Shown here: positions 58,505-64,000 of the stretch, piece after piece | How positions within the stretch are numbered: the stretch's first letter is position 1 | How the letters are laid out: each line of letters starts with the position of its first letter | Source: Limisphaerales bacterium | GTDB lineage: Bacteria > Verrucomicrobiota > Verrucomicrobiia > Limisphaerales > Palsa-1400 | DNA length: 64,000 bases | Assembly (NCBI GenBank): GCA_052139695.1 | Contig: JBKQWF010000309.1 | Location: 7,829 to 71,828 of the forward strand | Direction: 5' to 3' | Made by a program: the position numbers and the translations under genes | Notes under the pieces: generated by a model | What the model saw: the letters and a program-made list of their open reading frames with translations, nothing else | Told to the model about the DNA's origin: nothing | The model's database searches: none

Positions 58505-59001
58505 TAGGCATGTTCCACGGAAAATGTGCGTATTGTGAAAGTTACATCACTCATATTGATTTCGGTCACATCGAGCATTTTAAGCCAAAATGCACGCCTA
58601 CCTATTATGAACTGGCTGTTGACTGGGGAAATCTGCTTCTGGCTTGTGGTCGCTGCAATGGAGCGGAAAACAAAGGGACTAAGTTCCCACTTGCTAACAA
58701 AGGTGGGCCGCTAGTGAACCCCGTCACGGAGGACCCCTCCAAACATCTGGGTTTTGATTTTGATCCGAAGTTGAAATTAGCAAATGTCCTTGGGATATCC
58801 AAACGCGGTGAGACCACTCGGAAGACTCTCGGTCTCAACAGGCGGGAGTTGTTACAGCATCGGTCAAGATTTGTCACAAAACTTTGGGTGATTGCTCGCC
58901 ATTACAACAACGATAACGAAGCTCGTGAAATTATTGATTCGGCAATCTGCCCCCAAGAGGAATACTCCGCGTTTGCCATCGCGCTTAAGAAATCGCTGTA
59001 A
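58390..59001 (+). CDS. ptuB: HNH endonuclease, Septu PtuB-like (TIGR02646-like pattern)
   Basis: GKCAYCES...GHIEHFKPK...WGNLLLACGRCNGAENKG. The GTG start at 58390 overlaps ptuA by 115 nt in another frame. Confidence 0.7.
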   Translation: MLADNETKWKRDIRSALSDATRKNAQEKYKHKDIKEALIGMFHGKCAYCESYITHIDFGHIEHFKPKCTPTYYELAVDWGNLLLACGRCNGAENKGTKFPLANKGGPLVNPVTEDPSKHLGFDFDPKLKLANVLGISKRGETTRKTLGLNRRELLQHRSRFVTKLWVIARHYNNDNEAREIIDSAICPQEEYSAFAIALKKSL

Positions 59002-59040
59002 TATTAGCATGCCACCAGAGCGCCTCTCTTGCGATGTGTT

Positions 59041-59244
59041 TCACACGGCTACTGGATACTTGATCGGCGGGTGCGGGTCGTAGCCGGCGATTTAAAAATC
59101 GACGAAGTGATACTCGAAGATGGAGGCGGGTTTGCGTTTGAGGATCAGCTTGGGGAGTGGGCGCGGCTCGCGCGTAAGTTGTTCCCGGACGCTTTCGATC
59201 TGGTTCAAATAAATGTGGCAGTCACCGCCGGTCCAGACGAAGGT
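59041..59244 (-). pseudogene. thyA: thyA (thymidylate synthase) C-terminal relic with in-frame stop
   Basis: Manual translation gives [66 protein letters not shown], which closely parallels the ThyA C-terminus. TAA lies at 59094-59092, a TGA lies immediately upstream, and the N-terminal ~200 codons are absent. Confidence 0.85.
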
Positions 59245-59283
59245 TCAGATCTGCCTTTATCCTGCTGAGCCTTTCACGCGGCC

Positions 59284-60675
59284 TTACTCCGGTTCCGCGC
59301 TGCCCTCTAATACCAATCCCTTGGTGGCTGGAAAGCGCTCGTACCACAATGTCAACGCATCTTTCAGATGCTTCGCGTAACGATAGTGCGCGCCCAAACC
59401 CGTCCGCAGTTCCGCCTCGTAGAGGAATTTGTCCGCCGTTGTCGTGTGCTCAAAAGGAAATTCGGCGCCGAGGAGGGTCCAATATGGATAGGTGAGATCG
59501 CCATTTGCCAACAGCCCACGCGCTTTCGCCAAAGCCTTTCGGCCAACCTCTGCCTGACTCTCCATTGTGCTCCTCTGCTTGGCTGCGTCCGCCGGCAATT
59601 GGTCCGCCGCGAAATAGAATCCGCTGGGAATCTGTTGGCAGTATTTCGTACCCGTGCGGTGCCTGTTTAAATCGCGAATTTCCGCGAAGGCAATCCGAGA
59701 CCAAGCGAAACGGACACTGGTCCTCTGCAAACTGCTCCCGACCGGCGCGTAGCGGTTGGTATGGAATTTGAGGTCGTCGGCCAATTCCTGAGCACCTACG
59801 CCCTGAGGAAGATCAACCGATACGTGGGCGATGGCCGCTTCCTCTGTTTGTGGAGACTCGGTTCGGGCACCCTGAACCGATTTCTGGAATTCCGCGTTCA
59901 GCGCCGCCTTGTGGGATTCTGTGGCCCTGGCATGTTTGATCATGCGCGGGGCGGAAATCTCCAATTCGCCTCGAATCATCTCACCCAGCCTCTGAAATTC
60001 CGGCAACGGATGTGAAAGCAAATGCTGGCAAAGGTTCACCCAACCGCGCGCGGACATGACCAGCATGACATTGGTCGCGGCAGCGACGGGGAGGAAATAG
60101 CGGGCCCTGTCAAAGGCGTAGTTTCGCCTCATGCGCGCCACTTTTTTTTGCGCCGACTCTGATGGGTCCAGCAAAAGAGCCTTGGGAATGCCCATCAAAG
60201 CGGGCTTTCCCGCCGCCAGATCTTCCCAGACCTTCACCGAGGCCTGATATGCCTGGAAGCACTCACCCATCAAATTGTGCCACTCCGACACCTCTTCTGA
60301 TCGAATCCCAAGACGTTCTGGTTCGATCAGGCCATCGACCGAAAGCCTAATGTAGCGAGTGGAGGATTCCTGACCACCCGCGGTTGGACAAAGCGTCCAA
60401 ATGTAATAGGCGAGCCAGATGGAAATCTCATCCATAAACATGGCCACAGGGACCATGTCCGCGATGGACTGGTGACCATAGTCCACCATGCGGAAAATCG
60501 AATCGACGGACTTTTCGAGATTATCAGGGTCAATTTTTGACAAAATCGAATCGAGGCCTTCGTTGTTCCGTGAATAACGAGCGCCGCTCGCCGCCAGGAG
60601 TTCTGGCGTCAGGGCGGGACGTCCGGCCCTTTTTGAGGCTTCACTCGGGCAAATGGCCACTTGGGTGACTTTCAT
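59284..60675 (-). CDS. thyX: Long (about 460 aa) ThyX-like FAD-dependent thymidylate synthase
   Basis: ThyX-like elements AASGARYSRN, GGQESSTRYIRL (S-x-RY-like) and EIRDLNRHRTGT (RHR). About twice the canonical length. Context next to the thyA relic supports the role. Confidence 0.55.
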   Translation of the reverse strand: MKVTQVAICPSEASKRAGRPALTPELLAASGARYSRNNEGLDSILSKIDPDNLEKSVDSIFRMVDYGHQSIADMVPVAMFMDEISIWLAYYIWTLCPTAGGQESSTRYIRLSVDGLIEPERLGIRSEEVSEWHNLMGECFQAYQASVKVWEDLAAGKPALMGIPKALLLDPSESAQKKVARMRRNYAFDRARYFLPVAAATNVMLVMSARGWVNLCQHLLSHPLPEFQRLGEMIRGELEISAPRMIKHARATESHKAALNAEFQKSVQGARTESPQTEEAAIAHVSVDLPQGVGAQELADDLKFHTNRYAPVGSSLQRTSVRFAWSRIAFAEIRDLNRHRTGTKYCQQIPSGFYFAADQLPADAAKQRSTMESQAEVGRKALAKARGLLANGDLTYPYWTLLGAEFPFEHTTTADKFLYEAELRTGLGAHYRYAKHLKDALTLWYERFPATKGLVLEGSAEPE

Positions 60676-60754
60676 CGTCACGATTATGAGGAGGTTTGAG
60701 GAATTTAAAAGCATTACCCCGCAAGCTGGTTCCCTACAGTGATTGCAATGGATT

Positions 60755-60910
60755 GGGGAGCGCGACCGTCCCGGTCGCTCCAGCCGGCGTCCCGCCGACT
60801 GGCGTGGGGCCCAAAACCGGTCAAATCCTGCTGAACCCTATCAAGCTGATCAACGCGCTGATGCCTTAGGCGGGACGCCGAAGGCTGCGGTCGGGACGGC
60901 CGCGATCCCC
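60755..60910. mobile_element. 156-bp MITE-like repeat, copy 3
   Basis: See copy 2. Same orientation, and sits 80 nt upstream of the thyX-like ATG. Confidence 0.7.
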
Positions 60911-60992
60911 GGAACGTGTCGGCACCCGCTTCCCAATGGGTTTGAGTCCTGCGCTCCCCTCCTTCAACTGCATCGTTCCGTATAATGCCAGT

Positions 60993-63611
60993 TCATTGGT
61001 TTGGCGGCGGCTGCTCAGAAAAGGAGGTGGAAGGCGTTTGCGGCGCGGGCGGGAGTTCGGGCGCGGGGTCGGGCGGCGCGGATCGCTCTTTCGCCCCGGC
61101 CCGCAGCTTGACCAGGCCGTTCTTGCGCGCGATGTCGTCGAGCATCACGGCGATCAAGCGTTGCAAGCAGTGCCGGTCCCGTTGCACATACCAAATGAAG
61201 GCCGGAACAGTCAGGAGCAGAAACCATATCTGCCAGAAAGGATGCCAAACGAAGCCGATGACGACGAGTTCAAAACCGAGCATGGAGCAAAGCGTGACCT
61301 TGGCCAGGAGCGACCAACCAGCGCGCAAACGGCAACGGATCAATTGTTTGCCCCCGGCATGAGGCTCGGCCACGGTGGCCAATTGCAAATGACTCCAGCG
61401 GCTGCCGAAGATTTCCACATCAAAATCGCTCCAGCCCGCGTCTTCCTTGATTTCCCAGCCTTCGCGCGCGAGGCGGTCCAAAACGCGGCGGACAAACTGC
61501 AGCCGTTCCATTCGCGCGTCGGACCAGTATTCGACCTGGTCCAGTTCTTCCGGGCGATCTTCCAGGGCGAGGGATTCCAGGGTTTCCACGGCTTTGGGCG
61601 GGGTCGGCTCGAAGTTGAGGCGGCCCTGGTAGCGCGCCCAACCGCGGACGATCGGTTGCAGGAAAAAGAGCAGCATGATCAGCGGCCGGGACCAAAAGCG
61701 GGTCTTGCCCGGCGGCAAAGTAGCCTGCACCCCTGCCACGACGCAGACGCCGAGAGAAAAAAGCACGCTGGTTAAGGCCAGCGGAGCCAGCGAACGAAAC
61801 GGCACGGAGAGCGCCAGCAGCGGCAAATTGACCAGGGCGTGATATTCAAGGCTCGTGCAGAACATCAAGACGGTGGCCGGTTCCGCCTGGTAAATGCTCT
61901 GGAAGAATCCCGTGCCGAAAAGCCCGCGGTAAATCATCGGCCGCCGCAGTGTCAATCCAAATTTCGAGCTGGTGTAAATGCGGCCTTGCCAGACGCTGCC
62001 GCCGAAGGAATTGAAGTATTCCGGGTGCCGCCGCACCAGGATGGCTTCCGCCTCGCCGTAGCCGCTTTGCTGGCGCAGATAGGCCTGCACCGTCGGGCGG
62101 CGGTAATGCCAGACAAACCCCGCCGGGCAGAATCCGATGCGATAGCCGCGCTGCTGCAAACGCCAGCACACATCCACATCGTCGCCCGCGCGGTGAAAGA
62201 TCGGATCAAAGCCGCCGATTTCAACCAGCGCCCATTTGTAAAACGCCATGTTGCAACCCGGAATGTGTTCCGCCTGCCGGTCGGTAAGCATGACATGCGC
62301 CGGCCCGCCGGGTGAGACCATGACCGCCGCCGCCACCGCCGAGTCTTCCGGCGGCAAAAAATTGTGACCGCCCATCGCCACAAAAGTGCCTTTCAACAAG
62401 TCCCCGGCCAGATAGTAGAGCCAATCCTCGTCCGCCCGGCAGTCGGCGTCGGTAAATGCCACCACTTCGCCGGTGGCGGCGAAAATCCCGGCATTGCGCG
62501 CCACGGACAACCCCTGATGCGCCTGGGTAATGGTGCGAAAGCCTTTGTAGAGCGAGGCCACCTGCGGGGTGATGTCATTGGAGCCATCGTCCACGACGAT
62601 GACTTCGTAGGCGGGATAATTGAGACGGGTGAGGGAATCCAGACAGGGCTGCAAGGTGCGTCCGCCGTTGTAGCAGGCGACGACCACCGTAATTTTGGGA
62701 TAGCGCTGCAGGGGGAAATACGGGGCCTGGGCGAATTGGCGCCGCACCGCCTCGAAGGAAGGCTTGGTCAGGCGCTCCTTTGTTGTCAAACCAAAGAACC
62801 AATCGGGCACGTCCCGCTCGTCCTTGTGCCACTCATCGGTAAAGCTGTACACAATGGCCCCGGCCAGGCCGGAGCGGAAGACCGCTTCGATCTGCCATTC
62901 AAGCATCGCGCATTTTTCGGATTCGCCTTCGCGCAGGCTGTCAATCCCCATTTCTCCCAGGACCAGCGGCTTGGTGTCCGCGATCATTTGCAGCCGCGCC
63001 AGGTAATTCTCAAAGGGCCGCTGCTGGTGCAGATAGACATTGAAACAAACGAAATCGACATTGCGCGGATTGAGAAACTCCGTCGGGGGGTAATTGCCGA
63101 ACGTGCAAAGGCATTCCGGGTCCACCCATTTGGCCACCTGCACCAATTCGTCGATGAAGTCCTCCATTTCTTCGGCCCCGCTCCAGCGGACGATGTCGGG
63201 CGGCAGTTCGTTGACGACGCTGTAGGCGAAAACGGCGGGATGGCGGGCGCAACTTTGCACGGCCTCGCGCACGGCCTGGCAGGCCGCCTCCTGGGCGTCC
63301 GCTGAATCCAGAAAACAGACGTGTTTGCTCCAGGGAATATCGATGAGGAGCTTCAACCGATGATAATCGGCCATGTCCAGGAGCCAGCGCGGCGGGACGT
63401 GATAAACGCGCAGGACATTGGCGCCGAGCGTGCGGACCAACTCGAAGTCGCGCGCCGCGTCGGCTTTCTCGGGAAACGGCTCGCCCGCGCTGTTGGGCCG
63501 AAAGGGTCCGTAGGTGACCCCTTTGACCGGAAACTTTGATTGGCCCAAGCTAAAAGACTTTCCGCTCACGATGGGTCGTGACGGGGCAACGGGCGCCGGT
63601 GTCGTTTTCAT
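60993..63611 (-). CDS. Fusion protein: N-terminal TIM-barrel glycosidase-like domain + GT2 glycosyltransferase + C-terminal multi-TM region
   Basis: GVTYGPF...LRVYHVPP...SVVNELPPD (GH-A-like). GT2 motifs ITVVVACYNGG, VIVVDDGSND and AFTDADCRADEDWL, then hydrophobic helices to the C-terminus. Confidence 0.7.
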   Translation of the reverse strand: MKTTPAPVAPSRPIVSGKSFSLGQSKFPVKGVTYGPFRPNSAGEPFPEKADAARDFELVRTLGANVLRVYHVPPRWLLDMADYHRLKLLIDIPWSKHVCFLDSADAQEAACQAVREAVQSCARHPAVFAYSVVNELPPDIVRWSGAEEMEDFIDELVQVAKWVDPECLCTFGNYPPTEFLNPRNVDFVCFNVYLHQQRPFENYLARLQMIADTKPLVLGEMGIDSLREGESEKCAMLEWQIEAVFRSGLAGAIVYSFTDEWHKDERDVPDWFFGLTTKERLTKPSFEAVRRQFAQAPYFPLQRYPKITVVVACYNGGRTLQPCLDSLTRLNYPAYEVIVVDDGSNDITPQVASLYKGFRTITQAHQGLSVARNAGIFAATGEVVAFTDADCRADEDWLYYLAGDLLKGTFVAMGGHNFLPPEDSAVAAAVMVSPGGPAHVMLTDRQAEHIPGCNMAFYKWALVEIGGFDPIFHRAGDDVDVCWRLQQRGYRIGFCPAGFVWHYRRPTVQAYLRQQSGYGEAEAILVRRHPEYFNSFGGSVWQGRIYTSSKFGLTLRRPMIYRGLFGTGFFQSIYQAEPATVLMFCTSLEYHALVNLPLLALSVPFRSLAPLALTSVLFSLGVCVVAGVQATLPPGKTRFWSRPLIMLLFFLQPIVRGWARYQGRLNFEPTPPKAVETLESLALEDRPEELDQVEYWSDARMERLQFVRRVLDRLAREGWEIKEDAGWSDFDVEIFGSRWSHLQLATVAEPHAGGKQLIRCRLRAGWSLLAKVTLCSMLGFELVVIGFVWHPFWQIWFLLLTVPAFIWYVQRDRHCLQRLIAVMLDDIARKNGLVKLRAGAKERSAPPDPAPELPPAPQTPSTSFSEQPPPNQ

Positions 63612-63669
63612 TGGCACTTGATTCTGCTCGCTTCCGGGGTATTTTCGCTGGTCAATGCCGCAACGCAAT

Positions 63670-64000
63670 ATGAAAGCAATCTACTTCCTGACCCGTTGCG
63701 CGGTCTGCTGGCTCACTTTGGGGACGCTGGCGTGCTGGGCCGCCAACTGGCCGCAGTGGCGCGGCCCTTTCCTCAACGGCTCCACTTCTGAAACCAATCT
63801 GCCGGATTCCTGGAGCAAAACGGAAAATGTCCTCTGGAGCACCCCTCTACCAGGACCCAGCCATGCCACCCCGATTATCTGGGACGACACGGTGTTTGTC
63901 AGCAGCCCCGACGCTGATGCCAATTTGAACTTGTTCTGTCTGGACCGAAAAACGGGCCAAGTGCGCTGGCAAAAGACGGTCGGCGTGGGCAATCGCGTGC
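63670..64000 (+). CDS. PQQ-like beta-propeller repeat protein (5' part; runs off the window; absent from ORF track)
   Basis: Manual translation gives MKAIYFLTRCAVCWLTLGTLACWAANWPQWRGPFLNGSTSETNLPDSWSKTENVLWSTPLPGPSHATPIIWDDTVFV... (NWPQWRG start typical of this family). Confidence 0.6.
   Translation, partial: MKAIYFLTRCAVCWLTLGTLACWAANWPQWRGPFLNGSTSETNLPDSWSKTENVLWSTPLPGPSHATPIIWDDTVFVSSPDADANLNLFCLDRKTGQVRWQKTVGVGNRV

Noticed and set aside
56873-59040. Retron interpretation of the ATPase+HNH pair, and flanking direct repeats (GTAATA at 56869 and 58998) as insertion scars
   Set aside because: No reverse transcriptase ORF or msr/msd-like structure lies adjacent. The flanking similarity is only about 6-8 nt and could easily be chance.
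59029-59268. 79-aa + strand ORF
   Set aside because: It is the antisense shadow of the thyA relic, whose minus-strand reading has strong family similarity.

Overview
This 64-kb window is a chromosomal segment of roughly 58-60% GC (hand-sampled lines only). It looks like a PVC-superphylum genome, most likely Verrucomicrobiota; that is an inference from prepilin-leader/H-X9-DG proteins, a giant SGNH-propeller-HEAT protein, a long ThyX-like gene and many glycan-active enzymes. I support about 50 protein genes. They include a ku-ligD NHEJ pair (ku is missing from the ORF track because it runs off the left edge), DUF72, OpgG, an ECF sigma/anti-sigma/RDD-membrane operon, and TetR plus a tripartite RND efflux pump. 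Also present are a CocE/NonD hydrolase, esterases, an MBOAT + SGNH O-acyltransferase pair, FGE-like and TolB-like proteins, a GH5-like/SufE/TatD string, a DnaJ-like protein, AcnA, a Gfo/Idh/MocA oxidoreductase and IspG-RseP. The remainder are a metallophosphoesterase, an ArsB-like permease, a BlaI/BlaR1-like sensor pair, a TMTC-like TPR protein, a GH/GT2 synthase fusion and a PQQ-like propeller protein that runs off the right edge. I saw no rRNA, tRNA, CRISPR array, transposase or integrase. Two lower-GC accessory islets stand out. (i) At 35.3-37.1 kb, a translationally coupled trio of an unassignable 244-aa protein plus two divergent DUF488 proteins ends in a (GCAT)n palindrome; this is my best candidate for an undescribed system. 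(ii) At 57.0-59.0 kb, a Septu-like ABC/AAA ATPase + HNH nuclease pair lies next to a decayed thyA fragment and a long thyX-like gene. Intergenic DNA is saturated with several families of GC-rich hairpin and MITE-like repeats, and three related copies sit just upstream of unrelated minus-strand genes. The many long antisense ORFs in the track are high-GC shadow frames.
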